A program made the position numbers and the translations under genes. Positions 1-14,547 of a stretch of DNA of 64,000 nt are shown piece after piece. How positions within the stretch are numbered: position 1 is the stretch's first letter; each line of letters opens with the position of its first letter. The DNA comes from Octopus vulgaris (Eukaryota). The stretch is taken from contig OX597820.1 in NCBI GenBank assembly GCA_951406725.2, positions 48,050,001-48,114,000 of the forward strand. Reading direction: 5' to 3'. The notes under the pieces were generated by a model. The model was given only the letters and a program-made list of their open reading frames with translations, was not told where the DNA came from and searched no databases.

Positions 1-22
1 TGAAGGAAATATTCTCTTTTCT

Positions 23-225
23 CTTTTAATTGTTTCAGTCATTTGACTACGCCCATGTTGGAGCAACGCCTTTAGTTGAGCAAATCGACCCCAGGACTTA
101 TTCTTTGTAAGCCTAGTACTTATTCTATCCGTCTCTTTTGCCGAACCGCTAAGTGACGGAGACGTAAACAGACCAACATCGGTTGTCAAGCGTAGTTGGG
201 GGGACAAACACAGACACACGCATAT

Positions 226-283
<58 letters not shown>

Positions 284-440
284 TGCGGGCTTCTTTCAGT
301 TTCCGTTTACCGAATCCACTCTCAAGGCTTTGGTCGCGTCGAGGTTATAGTAGAAGACACCCGGCGCCACGCAGTGGGAATTAACCCAGAACCATGTGGT
401 CGGTAAGCAAGTTACTTACCACACAGCCACTCCTACGCTC
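23..440 (-). mobile_element. tRNA-derived SINE (family A; head GGCGYAGGAGTGGCTGTGTGGTAAG), with internal (TA)n
   Basis: Minus strand reads GCGTAGGAGTGGCTGTGTGGTAAGTAAC...GGTTCTGGGTTAATTCCCACTGCG (Pol III A/B-box-like head). The same sequence recurs at 9453, 23280, 31960, 43580 and 50725. Confidence 0.85.
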
Positions 441-1067
441 TAGTGTTAAGCAAATAGAAAATAACTAATGCTACCCGGGACAATGATCGTGTCACATAGT
501 GTTATCAGAGGTTGTGAGTACATATTCAATGGGTCGCTAAATTTTGCAGATTAGAGATGTGGATAAGATGACACGGGGCAGCAATACATGAACCGCTATA
601 TGAAAATCATGAATCGAATTGCACAAATACTTTCTCAATGAGTATGACTCCGTATGTCATATCTCAAACGGGGTAAATCTATACATACGTATTTTTTTCT
701 ATTTCGATGCAGTTCCATATTGCTCACAGTAAAACAAGTATAGTCCATTCGACATGCTCCCCCATAGTTTCAGTTAACAGTTTCATTCTAAATGTAACCC
801 AGAATACGATAAGAGATAATCAGAAAAGTTGCGAAACCTGATCGAACTGGAGATGTAAATGCATAGCAATCTTCATATACACTGGCTCATACATAGTTGT
901 ATCAACTACCTCCATCCACTTCTACCTGTCTGTCTCAGACTATTTCTCTCTCTCTCTCTCTCACTCCTTCTTTCACCCGTTTGCACACTTAGAACATACA
1001 AACATAAGCTTATAACACACACACACACGCAAACACAAACACAATCACACATAATAAACACACGCAT

Positions 1068-1365
1068 GTGGAGGCACATGGCCTAGTGGTAAGAACAGCG
1101 GACTTGCGGTCAAGGAATCGCGGGTTCGAATCTCAGACCTGGCGAGGTGTGTGTTTATGAGCGAAACACCCATGCTTCACGCGGCTCCGGCAGAAGGTAA
1201 TGGCGAACGTCTGCTGACTCTTTCGCCACAACTTTCTCTCACTCTTTCCTCCTGCATCTTGCAGCTCACCTGCGACGGACCCGGCGTTCTGTCCAGGTGG
1301 GGAATCTATACGCCAAGGAAACCAGGAAACTGGCCCTAATGAGCCAGGCATGGCTCGAGAAGGCA
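1068..1365 (+). mobile_element. tRNA-derived SINE
   Basis: A box TGGCCTAGTGG (1079-1089) and B box GGTTCGAATC (1123-1132), followed by a non-tRNA body (CCTGCGACGGACCGGCGTTCTGTCCAGG, V/Meta-SINE-like) and a (CA)n tail. Confidence 0.75.
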
Positions 1366-1737
1366 CATACACACACACACCATCGCGTGTTCTAATAGTT
1401 CAGATGATCAGAACAGCTTGCTCTTGAGGTTAATGTGGAAGTGGGCGAGCAGTCCACAGACAGCAATACCCCCAACGTAGTTCTCAGCGAGATCCAACGT
1501 GACACAGATTGTGAAAAGGATAACCGTTTGAATTACAGGTACTACTCATTTTTGTCGCCTAAGTGGACTGAAAACGAATGCAAAAACTTATAATCATGAG
1601 CCAAATAACCCTAACTGCTAAGACACGTGGAGGGAGAGGAATATGTCCATTTAAGATGCGAAACTTTTTCAATAAATAAACTATCGCAATTTTGTAATGT
1701 CACCAAAAGATCTCTACCAAATATATTCACATCATAT

Positions 1738-1768
<31 letters not shown>

Positions 1769-2324
1769 GTATGTCTAAGTATCTACCTATACATCTCTTT
1801 ATTTGTAAATAGAGACAGATACACACACATATGTATATATACTTACGTAAAAACAGGACAACAAAACAAAATTCGCCTCTTAGATATACATGTCCTCTCT
1901 TAATTTTTATATTTATACACATACGAACTTACATACATACATACATATATACGTATATATGCATACATATTTACATACATATATGCATACATATGTATGT
2001 ATATATATATATATATATATCTGTCTACCTATCTACCTATCTCTCTATATAATGTAAATAGATATAGATATATGTACACACGCACACACATATGTATATA
2101 TACATACCTCTATATTTGTGTGTGTGTGTATGTATGTATGTCTGTTTGTGTGTACAGATTTTAAGAAAAGAAAACAGTTTGGAATTGTGTGGGGTTAGTA
2201 AGAGAAGTATCTGCAAGAACTACTCAGAGATTAAAGAAAATAATATTTATAAAAATTCAGTAAAATAGAAATAGAACTTAAATAATTATCTTCCATCAGA
2301 TCTTGACACGTTTTAAGAACATAT

Positions 2325-2510
<186 letters not shown>

Positions 2511-2511
2511 A

Positions 2512-4170
2512 CAGTTCCGGCCAAAATGTTCAGAACGGCATTGTTTTCGTCAGAAAAGTAGGTATAAGTTTTTATCAAAGTTGTTTTATTTTCTATAATT
2601 TTCACAGACAATAAATACATATTATTTGTTATTGTTCGAGATTTAGGTGTAATTTGAGTGGATAATAAAAAAGTTATGGATGATTTAGTGATTTACTGCA
2701 AAACCCATGGCGACCAAAATGATCAGAACGGTTGCTTTTACTCCATGTTTTAGTATATTTAACCGTCGAACTCTAATGTTTTGAATTTGTTTACGTGACT
2801 GTTTGTTTACTAAACATTAGTAAGAATATCTGCAGTGCACTTTGTTAATATAATGCCACTTACTCCGTTACCAATTCGTCTGCAGATTATTAAGCTTCGA
2901 AAGAAGGATAATTTAAGTATTAGGTCTATTGCAAAGATTGTTAACAAGTCAAAAAGTGTTGTTCACGGTATTCTTAAGGTCTACGATGATTGTGGTTCGC
3001 GTGAAGCAAGAAAGTCTACAGGTAGGCCAAGAAAAACGACCAAGAGAGAAGATCGTGCTATGGTAAAGTTGGTTAAAAAGGACAGATTTAAAACTGCCGC
3101 TGCTGTTTTTCGGGAAATGAGCATTGTACTGAAGAAAACTTTATCTCGAAAAACTGTGACTCGTCCTTTAGTTGAACATGACCTACAAGCAAGAGCACCT
3201 ACAGTGAAGCCACCGATCAGCTCCAAGAATAAAAAGTGTCGTCTTACCTTTGTAACCGAACATGTGTTGTGGTCTCAATAAAAATGGCAAACGGTGCATT
3301 TCAGTGATGAATCTAAGTCTATGTTATTTGGCTCAGATGGGAAAAGGTACGTTCGTCGAAAAGCAGGTGAAAAATTGTCACCTAAATGCCTTAAGACTAG
3401 TGTTAAATTCGGTGGAGGAAGTGTCATGGTTTGGGGGTGATATCTGGTTATTGTGGGCCCTTTGGTGCGATTACATGGAAAGGTAAATGCAGGAGTTTAT
3501 AAACAACTTGTAAAAGATCATGTCTTGCCTGTGCTGAGAAATTCAACTAAGCGACCATCCATATTCATGTAGGACAATGCCCCATGTCACAATGCTAAGA
3601 TGGTCATGAACTTCCTCAAGGCTGAAAAGGTTATTGTAATGGATTGGCCTGCTCAAAGCCCAGACCTCAATCCTATTGAAAATGTGTGGAATATTCTAGG
3701 AGAACGTTTGAAAGCCAGAAATCCTACAACAACCGAGCAATTATGGAATGCCCTTCAGGAAGAATAGAATAAGATCACCCAGCAAGAAATTGAAAATTTA
3801 ATTTTCCCATGCAGTCAAAAATGTCAAACTTTGATTGAAGCTAAAGGGCTTCACACTAAATAGGAAATAATTCCAGCATTCTCTCTCACTTTTTGATTAT
3901 TTTGTTATTTTTCAACCGTTAAATATACTAAAACATGGAGTAAAAGCAACCGTTCTGATCATTTTGACCACCATGGGTTTTGCAGTAAATCACTATATCA
4001 TCCATAACTTTTGTATTCTCCACTCAAATTACACCAAACTCTCAGTCAATACCAATTAATATTGTATTTATTCTCTGTGAAAATTATAGAATATAAAACA
4101 ACTTTAATAAAAACTTATACCTACTTTTCTGACGAAAACAATACCGTTCTGAACATTTTGACCGCAACTC
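2512..4170 (+). mobile_element. Tc1-family (DD34E) DNA transposon with ~259-bp IR/DR-type terminal inverted repeats
   Basis: Begins TA|CAGTTCCGGCCAAAATGTTCAGAACGG. 2512-2770 is the imperfect reverse complement of 3911-4170. Internal direct repeats CCAAAATG(T/A)TCAGAACGG lie at 2521-2538 and 2714-2731, with the transposase between the TIRs. Confidence 0.95.
2853..3863 (+). pseudogene. Tc1 transposase pseudogene (stops and a frameshift)
   Basis: Manual translation: HTH region, GRPRKT AT-hook, VHFSDESK, KFGGGSVMVWG, FM*DNAPCH, WPAQSPDLNPIENVW, ending EAKGLHTK*. There are 34 residues between the second D and the E. Premature stops at about 3279, 3569 and 3765. Confidence 0.95.
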
Positions 4171-4299
4171 TCTCTCTATATATATATAAGAGAAAGAGAG
4201 AGAGAGCTATATATAGAGAGACACGGACAGACAAACAGACAGATCGATAGATAAACAGATAGACTGACAGATACTTAGATAGATTGATAGATAGATAGA

Positions 4300-7200
4300 T
4301 AGTCTATATAGCTGTAGGGACAAGATGTGTTAGTATTTCAACGATGTTGCTCCATATCCTTGCACTGAATATACTGCTATATGATGAAGCTGAAGACATG
4401 CGCTGCAAATCATCTTATTTTAGAACTAAAATACTCCAAATAATGTAGGAAATGGTCAACAGAAAATACACTTTGAGATTAAACATACAATTTACAGCTA
4501 CAATCTACGTTATTCTATCCACCGTAGTAAAAAAAAGAAAAGCAATACAGAAGACAAGGCACCAACAACGAATATTCACAGTGATCAGTGGCAATTAAAC
4601 TTTGATCAAACAGCGACTTTGAATCCAAATAATCGATATATTTCAAGGAAATATATTCATAAAACTGAAGAGCCATCAGGCAGAAGAATATAAACATGAT
4701 ACTAAAAATGAAGAAACATAAGAAAAATGCAAAACCCAGACAGTAACAATACATTTAATTTTATTATAAAGTATCATTTATTTGAGAAGAATGGAAAAGC
4801 TAAATCATAAAGACAAAATTAATGCAGGCAAAACAAACAAGCTGAATAAAAAACAGGAATATTAAAGTCTACCATACTTACAGAGTGTTAACCAAGAAAA
4901 GCTGAATCAACCTAGGACTACGCCATTGAAAATATGAATAAAACTTGATGTGAGAAATATTTAAGAAGAGAGAATTCTAAAGATAGTATATTTAAGTATA
5001 ACAATAATTTAAAAGTGAAAATAGCTAAAGAATTAAAATCAATAGATCTTCCTGTAGGCTAACATAATGCCATTCTGAATATAAAACATAGCGACAAGTA
5101 TCAATAGCAATATAGAGCATCCAACTGCCTATCGTATGCTTAAGGAGAAATGAATTAAATTGCGCAACAGACGGAGTATTTCCTTTGAGTTATTGAAAGA
5201 ACAGTAACTATGAGTTAATCAGCAGGGGAAACAACAATGCAAAGATAGAAAATAAACGAAAGATCTAATCTTTAATGGAATTCGACATATATAAGATAAA
5301 AATAATAACACAGTGTGACAAATATTACTGAAGACTAAATGAGAGTATGTAAGCCTTGCTATGTCGCAACGAATCAATCACCATGAAAAAAGTCGTCAAT
5401 CTTTGATAATATATGTAATTTCGACAAATTAGAAAATAATTTTAAGTCGGGAAACACAAAAAATGAAATTAATGCAGTGCTAACAAGTAGGGAAATGAAA
5501 CAATTCTGGGGAAAATATAGTAAAGGATTACTTCAGACGAAATTGCAAATTATACGTGCAACACTTCAGGAATTGGAGGAAGGTATCTAAACTCCAGAAG
5601 TTCTTCAAGAGAAAAACTTGAAAAAAACATGGATGCAATGATAAACGTCCAGGCTTCCAGTTTAAATATTTGAATAATGTTTAGTATTTTTCAAAAGCAT
5701 ACAAAATGCTTAAGGATATATATATATATATATATATATATACAGTATTTTTGAAACGAAAATAAGAACCTCTAAAACTCAGAACAACACCTAAATGTAT
5801 CACCGATAGGAAACACGCTTAATCTCAAAGATCAAAGAAATAAAATGCTTCAAACTACAGACCCATATCTTGCGCTTCACAGAAACAATATTGCAGAAGA
5901 TAAATGTTCACATAAATAAAGAATAGGATTTGTTTCTAGAATATCAGAACTGTTGCTTTGATGATTCATATTGTCGTAAAGATCAAAATGTTGTGCAATG
6001 AAGTTATTTTCAAAAGATTGTAGATAAAAAAAAATGGATATGAGAATGACCTGTATTGGTTGACAGAATGCTTCTGAAATTGTTTATTATCGGTGGACTC
6101 AGCGTGCATTTACGTTATTGCATCAAATATCAAATCCGTCGTAAATAAATGCCAAAATATTCTGCACAGTGAAGCAGAAAAAGGGAATTATGAAATTCAA
6201 ATCACAACAGTTACAGGATAGGGATATAGCAAAAGTTCTTCTTACCACTCTTTTTTCCCCATCATTCATATAATTACCCGCACCGAATTAGGACGAAATT
6301 GCCATTGGATGACCTAAATATACATACCTGGAAACACTCTTGCAAATAATGCACTGATTCATGAGAAACATTGACATAAAATATGTCTTAAACAAATGTG
6401 CCCAGAGACAATCATGAAAGAATGGAAAAAATATATGAAAAACAAAAATCAGACATTCCAATACACATATCAATGAATTATGCAGAGGACAATATACACA
6501 AATGAAAGAAAAAGGAGAAGCGAATTCTTTAGAAGTATTAAATAAATATATTTGCGAAAAATATATCAGTATTCTAGATACCCCAGAAAACTAATGTCTT
6601 CATTTAGAAGACTTTGACCAAAAACTGCCGAGAATACAGCGAAATAAGATTTTGGGAAACCAGAATTTTAATATGAAATTTTGGCTGGCTGTAGGAGTAC
6701 AAACTGAATTAATATACTAAAAAAGAAACGAATATAACTAACTATTCCAAAAAATAATAGAAAACTGTCTTTTGTCTAAAATATTTCTGATATGTTGGAC
6801 TGACGTATCATAAGGCAAAGGCGAGAAGGTACCAAAACCATACGATGGGGCAGAATACGAAAAATAACATGATGGAAAGTGGAGGTTATGAAGAAATATT
6901 TAATTCCTTTGTTTCTGGCATTCTATTCTAACCCAGAAGAGAGTATATATGATATAGCTACAGAAATGAGCAATTGTGGATGTAATAATATACAACAAAA
7001 ACTAAGAAGAATATAACGTAGACTGTAACAAACTAGGAAGTAAAATAAAAAGTATTAAAATTGTTCTGTCATGAATGAACCCTACATATTTAGAAAGGAA
7101 GCTAAGGTAATGGACATCTGTAAGAAAAATGAGGAATATCATAAGACAGGCAACTGAAAGGTTAAATTCAAAACGTAAAAGGAAACTCCAAATGTGTTAG

Positions 7201-7392
7201 GAGAAGAATGTGTCAAGAAACATCTCTACAAAAACTAATCAGCGTGAAAACTGCTGGACTCACACTCCGAGTCCTAAAGGAGCGATCGCAGCGAAGATTT
7301 ACAACTAGAAATACTGTAGTACACAAGCAACTTGAATATATTTGATAGTCTTGTGTCTGGATGCCGAAGCTTAGTGAAAACTGAATATATAT
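4300..7392 (+). mobile_element. Highly decayed R4/Dong-like (restriction-like endonuclease class) non-LTR retrotransposon
   Basis: A-rich coding-like remnant with RT motif NYRPISC (5853-5873), GI*Q near 6221, and a post-RT Zn-finger remnant SLVSGCRSLVKTEYI (7346-7390) matching the HxxSGCxxLAxxEY pattern. Boundaries are approximate. Confidence 0.65.
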
Positions 7393-7394
7393 AT

Positions 7395-8290
7395 GTCAGA
7401 CATCTGTAGACATGTTTCAGGGTAGTTGCCCTTTATCAATGCAGAGTAGCCAGACCCAGCAGGTGTCGCTACCGACCGTCTGTTCGAAGGATTTATTTAC
7501 CTAATTTCAGTGGAATACATCCACTTGTTTTCAATAACAGAAATATTAAAATTTCTAAGTCTCTCTGAAACTTGTCTGCAGATGTCTGACCAGCAAGGTG
7601 AAGCGGCTGACCTTCCCTGTTCGAAGGTTATAATGGACGCAGGTTTGTGTATCATATAGCTAGGGGCGATGGCCTCTTGGAGCTAATCAGCGGCAGCTTT
7701 AGTCTTATATTTATAGACTACCATATTAGCTTGGCGATAACTATTAATATCCAGTAACGCTGCCGTAATCTCCTTTAGAGAGACTTAGAAATGCTGGATT
7801 GCATTTAATTGGATGTATCTTTCGTTAGTGTTTTCGTTGTTTTTTAATTGCAATTGATGTATGATTGAATAGTTAACGTTCACGTTCATAATACATAGAT
7901 ATTTGAATTACTTTTTTTCAATCCAGCCGCCCTTTCACACGGAATTTAGTCTATCTTTAAGCCATCACCCTGAAGTGACTTATATATTATAAGGGAAATG
8001 TTATTATGTATGTATATCAGAAAATGTATATAAGTCGAAACAATTTGTTGGCCTTTTGTTTTTTTTGATAATTGTTTATGTTATATAATATTATGTTATA
8101 TTATATTCATAATATATCATGTAATATCATAATATAGATAAATTATTGGATTGTCAATAGAATATCTCTATTTAATTTATGTTTGTAAATTGCATTATAC
8201 CAATATTTATATGGTATTCAACAGACGTATCAGTGAATTAGATGTTTAACACACCCCTTTGAAGGAATTCTTTTCCTCAGCTTGTTACTA
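7395..8290. mobile_element. Penelope-type pseudo-LTR complex with degenerate hammerhead motifs
   Basis: Inverted repeat GTCAGACATCTGTAGACATGTTTCAG (7395-7420) versus CTGAAACTTGTCTGCAGATGTCTGAC (7565-7590). The minus strand at 7403-7445 reads TCTGCA-TTGATAA-AGGG-CAACTA-CCCT-GAAA-CAT-GTC-TACAGA. Confidence 0.6.
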
Positions 8291-8304
8291 TATCTATCTA
8301 TCTA

Positions 8305-8404
<100 letters not shown>

Positions 8405-8410
8405 TATATA

Positions 8411-8475
<65 letters not shown>

Positions 8476-8494
8476 CACGTATTCATATAAATAA

Positions 8495-9050
8495 AAGATC
8501 AAAAATACTCAGACATTACGGAATCTGACCCAGGCAAATGACATGAGGAGATAATAAATTTCTAAACTTCCGGTTGAAATATTTGATATGCAACCAAGAC
8601 CCACAAGATTCTCAAGGAAATATTTATCGTTTATTGAAATATCCGAAGAAAATTCAGTAAAACTCTTGAACGTTCCATCGATAGGAAACAAGATTTAATC
8701 TTAAAGATAAAAGAAGCGTATAACCTCCAAACTACAGACCCGTATCGTGTGATATAAAAGATTCACCGAAACAATATTGTAGAAGATAAATGTTCATATA
8801 AACAAAGAATAGAATTCGTTCCTAGAACATCAGTATTGTTATTGCAATTGTTGTGAAGATCAAAAGCGAAGTTGTACAACAAAATCAGCATCAACGAATG
8901 TACGTAAAAAAGATATTAATCTGCGAATGACTTGCATTGATTCCTTGGACTCTTCTGAGATTCTTTACTATCAGTGGTTTCTGGAAACATTTGCACTATT
9001 GCAACAAATATCAATTGCATATCAAACAGATTCTTCTCACAGAAGCATAT
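8495..9050 (+). mobile_element. Second copy of the R4/Dong-like RT segment
   Basis: 8695-8850 aligns by eye to 5819-5990 (AAACTACAGACCC...GAAACAATATTG.AGAAGATAAATGTTCA.ATAAA.AAAGAATAG). Confidence 0.65.
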
Positions 9051-9084
9051 ATAATTATACATACATACATACATACATACATAC

Positions 9085-9202
<118 letters not shown>

Positions 9203-9452
9203 TTGTGTGTATTCATATATACAAAAAGGGATATTTTAAATACAAATCCGAACAGTTGCAAAAGACGGTTACACCGAAAGTTCTTTACATTTATCTTTAA
9301 GCACCGTGCTAGATCACACTGTAGCTGGAAGTTAGTACCTTTGGATGACTATCATTACTGGATGAGTTTGAAAACGTAAGTGAACTACGTGGAGTATATC
9401 AAAACTAAAAGGCAGTAAAATAAATAAGGAATACTGGAGAAGTATTGCATTT

Positions 9453-9825
9453 ATATCTTTTGTCTTCTACTTGTTTCAGTCATTAGCCTGCGGCCAAGTT
9501 GGGGCACCGCCGTGAAGACGTTTTGGTCGAATGAGTCGACCCTAATACTATTGTTTCGTTGTAAATCATAATACTTATGCTATCGGTTTCTCTTGCCGAA
9601 CTGCTAAGTTAGGGATCGTGCACACGCACGCACACACACACACCACACACACTCACACACGTGGGGTTTGTTTCAGTTTCCTTCTACCAAATCCCCTCAC
9701 AAGGCTTTGTCGACCCGAGGCTATAGTACAAGATTCTTGTCAAAAGTGACATCCAGTTGGACTGAACCCAAAACCATGTGGTTAGGAGGCAAACTTCTTA
9801 CCACACAACCACGTTTTGCACCTAT
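9453..9825 (-). mobile_element. SINE family A copy
   Basis: Matches 23-440 (TTGTTTCAGTCATT...CTTACCACACAACCAC). Confidence 0.8.
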
Positions 9826-9842
9826 AATATTTATGCAAAAAG

Positions 9843-10210
9843 TAAGGCGGTGAGCTGACAGAAACTTTAGCACGCCGGGCGAAGTGCGTAGCCGTATTTC
9901 GTCTGCCGTTACGTTCTGAGTTCAAATTCCGCCGAGGTCGACTTTGCCTTTCATCCTTTCGGGGTCGATAAATTAAGTACCAGTTACGCACTGGGGTCGA
10001 TATAATCGACTTAATCCGTTTGTCTGTCCTTGATTGTCATATCTGTGTTTAGCCCCTTGCGGGTAGTAAAGAAATAAGTATTGTGTCTGTCTTTTAGTTC
10101 TGAGTTCAAATTCCGCCGAAGTCGTCTTTGCTCTTCATCCTTTCGGGCTCGATAAATTAAGTACCAGTCACTTAATGGAGTCGATCTAATTGACTGTTCC
10201 TTCCCCCAAA
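9843..10210 (+). mobile_element. SINE family B (GGCGGCGAGCTGGCAGAAACGTTAG head; Meta-domain-like core) with partial internal duplication
   Basis: Core GAGGTCGACTTTGCCTTTCATCCTTTCGGGGTCGATAAATTAAGTACCAG occurs twice (about 9933 and 10118). Near-identical copies at 22101 and 44943. Confidence 0.85.
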
Positions 10211-10880
10211 ATTGTTTTTAAATGACTGAAACAAATAAAAGAGTAAAAGTGTAAGCATAAAAGAGTAAAAGAGTAAAAATGTCATGCAAAGACGAATGTC
10301 ATGAGTAAAGCCTAGTAATTTCCATCCTTGTGTTATATTATTCTTATATACATATTCATAAATGTGTGTATGTATCCATATGGGTACGTGTACACACACG
10401 ATCGCACAAATATAATTATGATCATAATTATGCGCCAGTTTGTGGTCTGCCCGGCATGGACGAAATAGCCATAGAAAAGAGCGGCCGAAAACATTCACCA
10501 GAACAATTGTTTCAGTTTCTGTATACAAAATCCACACACGGAGGCTTTGGTCGAGTCGAGACTATAGTACAAAGCATTTCTTCAAAGTGCAACACGGTGG
10601 GATTGAATCGGAATATTTGAGATCGGAATATTTGGGTAAATCGTAGCGATGGTGTCAAGCACAATTTAAGTAAAATTAACGTAGAAGTATCGCTTTGGTG
10701 AATACATATGATTATTTATACACATACATGCATACGTACATACACACACAAAAAAAACACACACACACACACATATACACGCACATATATATATACATAT
10801 TATCAAGTTATCTCTCTCTCTCTCTCTCTTTATCTATTTTTCTCAAACCCTGTATATATATATGTGTGTGTATGTATATA

Positions 10881-10928
<48 letters not shown>

Positions 10929-10951
10929 CATATATACACACACACACACAC

Positions 10952-10982
<31 letters not shown>

Positions 10983-10987
10983 CATAC

Positions 10988-11055
<68 letters not shown>

Positions 11056-12544
11056 GAAACGGTGAAGCTTCTAATGTATAAACACCTCAGTAACAGAAGA
11101 TTAACCAAATTGTGAAGAATAAAATTATAAACAACCCCATAGTAGTAGGTGCCAAGGGAGCGATAAAGAAAGAAGCATGTATATACATTACGCGAACGCG
11201 TGGACAGACACATGGTTAAGTTACCAATATAAATTAATATGCTCGGCACATACAATAGAAACACAAGGTATGTTCAGAAGCATAGGATCATACTAAAACA
11301 GAACAATATAAAAACAAGGCATGTACTTCATGCATACTAACATGCATTTGGTTGTGCAATGAGAGATCAGAATAGAAATAAGTCTTCGGGGAGAAAGAGG
11401 ATTCTTAATATGCATAACGATTTTTTTTCATAACTGTCATCGTCATGAATATTGTTAGCATCATTAGTACCATCCTCATTCCTCATCCCAATATCATCAG
11501 CATCATTGTAATCATATTCATGATCAAATTCCTATCAATTTGGGATGCTACTTCACGATTGAAGCGAGTGGAATTCTGAAGGGGTTGATTAAGCGGTCAA
11601 TATCTTGCGTTACAAATAGAATGTTGCGTAACGAGCATGAAGGAAACATTTACTTTGTCATGCCAACAATACAAAGCCACTAATCTTCACCTTTACTACC
11701 AAATGTAAATTAATCATAAACGCACAATAATAAAGGTAATTGTTAGCCTGACAATTTGATATGAAATTTATTGTTAAAAACTTATTGTCGTATTTCAAAA
11801 CTCTAGCATCATTTCTCATCAGATTATACTAATTTGCAACATTTTTTCTAGCCTGACTTCGATGAACGTTGCTTGTGCTCGTTAGCGTTTGCCTTCCTTT
11901 AACACTAATTTCTAACTTCACAATGATGCATTTCTGCGTTACACCTAAATACCGTAAGTGGATGCTGTCTTGGGAAAGGGAACAGACAGAGTTAATGCAG
12001 TACTCATAATACCTAAAATAGATAGAATGTGTTCAAAGCCTCAGCCGGGTCAAGGTTGAACATGTATGCAGCGGTTGTGTATGCATCTACATCTCTGCTC
12101 TCCACGTCACCAATATTCATCGAAGGCAATGACCTCAGATATGGGCCGAAACATCTTGGCGCTTAGTGTCAAGGGAGGCGCTGTTGTCTGGACGCAAAAA
12201 GCCAGAACAGATAAAGTAATGTCACTTGCCCAACTTACTAACTTTTTTGGCTGTCCACTAACCTGGACACGTATATATTTTTATCGATCCCGAATAGGTG
12301 AAATGCAATGCTGACGTCGGCGGGGTTTGAACTCAGTGTAGGGTATAAGGATAAGTATAGAGATGCGTTCTCTTCAACGCTCTAATGACTCTGCCAACTA
12401 AACGCCTTGGTACGAAGGATCTTGCATGAATCATAGATCTGAGTGATATTGTGTACTTCGAAATAAATAGCAGTCATCTGCAAAACTGTCTCAATAATAT
12501 GCTATCAGTGGGAAAACTTATAGCATATGGGCATTATGTTTCAT

Positions 12545-13364
12545 TAAATGCTAGCAAAATTTTCCCGAACAAGCTATTGTCAATAAAAATACTTTATTTA
12601 CCTAAGTTTTAACATCATCACCTTCGAAATAGTAGCTTTGCGCAGAAATACACCGGTTCCATTGTACCTGGCACCTTTAGAATCGGGCCTGGAAATCGTT
12701 TTCCGTAAGCGAGTCGATGACCTTCTGTGATTCGTTCTTGATCTCGACAACTGTATTAACACAGCGACCTTTGAACTGGAATAGGGTGGGTGTGGACGCG
12801 ATACCATTTTATGGCGAGAGACTAACGAGTGAGGAGAGCTTGGTGGCAGGGTGCACTGTCGTCGGGAAAAATCCAGTTCTTCACACTCCACAGATCCGGT
12901 CGCTTTCGCCGAATGTCTTCCCTCAAAGACTTCAAAACGTCGTTGATTGTCCTTCGATGATTCTCTCACAAAAACTGATGAAATTCTCCGCTTTTCCGGA
13001 GGTGGCGCTCGTGACAGGTCTTATAAATCGCTTGTCATCTTTCAGGGACGTTCTTCCGGTTTTGAAGCGCCCGTGCCACTTGAATCATTGCGTACAACCA
13101 AGTGCCTCATCGCAGAAGCATACTCAAGTTTAACGCAAAATTTCACGTTGATTCTTTCTTCCAGCTTTCTGTCCACGATAAAATTTGCAACTGCAGCATG
13201 ATCACAAAAGCACAAATCTCAAAAGTTGCGAGGTAAACACAATGATGTCATTCGGCACACTCCCCCATGACGTCACTGCAAGCTCTCACTGTCACGCACC
13301 CGTGTGCTGCCGTCTGTTGGGGCGCTACTGATCTAGGCCAATAACATTTTGATACCACCTCGTA
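12545..13364 (-). mobile_element. Internally deleted mariner-family transposon
   Basis: Terminus TA-CGAGGTGGTATCAAAATGTT on the minus strand at 13364. Transposase remnants include PHPPYSS (YSPDLAP region) and C-terminal RCISAQSYYFEGDDVKT*. Confidence 0.8.
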
Positions 13365-13389
13365 CATGTATGTTAATGGTATACAATAT

Positions 13390-13431
<42 letters not shown>

Positions 13432-13565
13432 CATGTATGTATGTATGTATATATGTATGTATATACACATATAATTCAAAGTATTTATAAAATAAGATGC
13501 TTTTATATATCGTGTTATTGCCAGTTAAAACTCTGCAGATCAGATAATAAAGGTTGAAATATAGT

Positions 13566-13740
13566 CTAACCTTGAAGAGAAGGGCTATTGCTCGGGGTGT
13601 GCTTTCGCCAGGAGTGATTTCCTGTGACAGTATATCCCAGCACTTGGAGCGAATGGGTGGGCTCTAGTTGAATGTCACTCAAGTTTAGATGGGTGCAATG
13701 GTGCCTTTTCAGATCAGTAATTCTTTTAGTTGTTAACCCA
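13566..13740 (-). mobile_element. LINE RT fragment (CR1/L2/Jockey group)
   Basis: LEPTHSLQVLGYTVTGNHSWRKH matches the RT thumb pattern LxxLGxTxxxNLSWxxH. Confidence 0.55.
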
Positions 13741-13792
13741 TATATACATAGGTACATACATACATACATACATACATACATACATACATACA

Positions 13793-13824
<32 letters not shown>

Positions 13825-14506
13825 CACATACATACATGCATACATACATACATATATACACACATAAATCTATACCTATATGTCTATCGATATATATTTA
13901 CACATATATACCTGTATGTATACTGTGAATATTTATGAACATATATGCAAATCTATATAAAAATATATATACATATGAACTATATTTTGTATAAATAGTG
14001 TGAGTATATGTATGTGTATATACACAAACACTCCCGAATATGCATATACAAATACATACCTATTCTTGGATGATATATTAATACTTTGTTTTTAATTATG
14101 TATTTACAAAATAATCTTTTTTTATAAATATATTAAACAACAACATTATACTCGCTGCTACAGCTGTGATAATGAAATATATTCCCTAGCTGTTTAAACA
14201 AAATAGACAGTATGTAAGTAAGATGTACGTAGAATTTACAAAGGAAAGAGATAAAAGAATGTTTTTTCTAGACGTCTTAGAAAGCTGCATGAAGATATAA
14301 AATTCCTTCCTTATAACTATTCCAGAATTAATTTTTTTGAAAGAATATACTTATGTGTAGGACATGTTGTTATGTTCCAAAGCTTATTCGCAATAATTCT
14401 ATTTGTCTTATCATATGTAAGGAACGTATGTTTGTATGTTTGTATGTAGGTATGTAGGTATGTGTGTATATCTATCTATCAATCTATTTCTGCCTCTCTC
14501 TCTCTC

Positions 14507-14546
<40 letters not shown>

Positions 14547-14547
<1 letters not shown>

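Noticed and set aside
1068-1145. tRNA-like sequence (also at 31961, 35340-35400 and 61805-61865)
   Set aside because: A/B boxes are present, but there is no complete cloverleaf and each continues into a repeated SINE body, so these are SINE heads, not tRNA genes.
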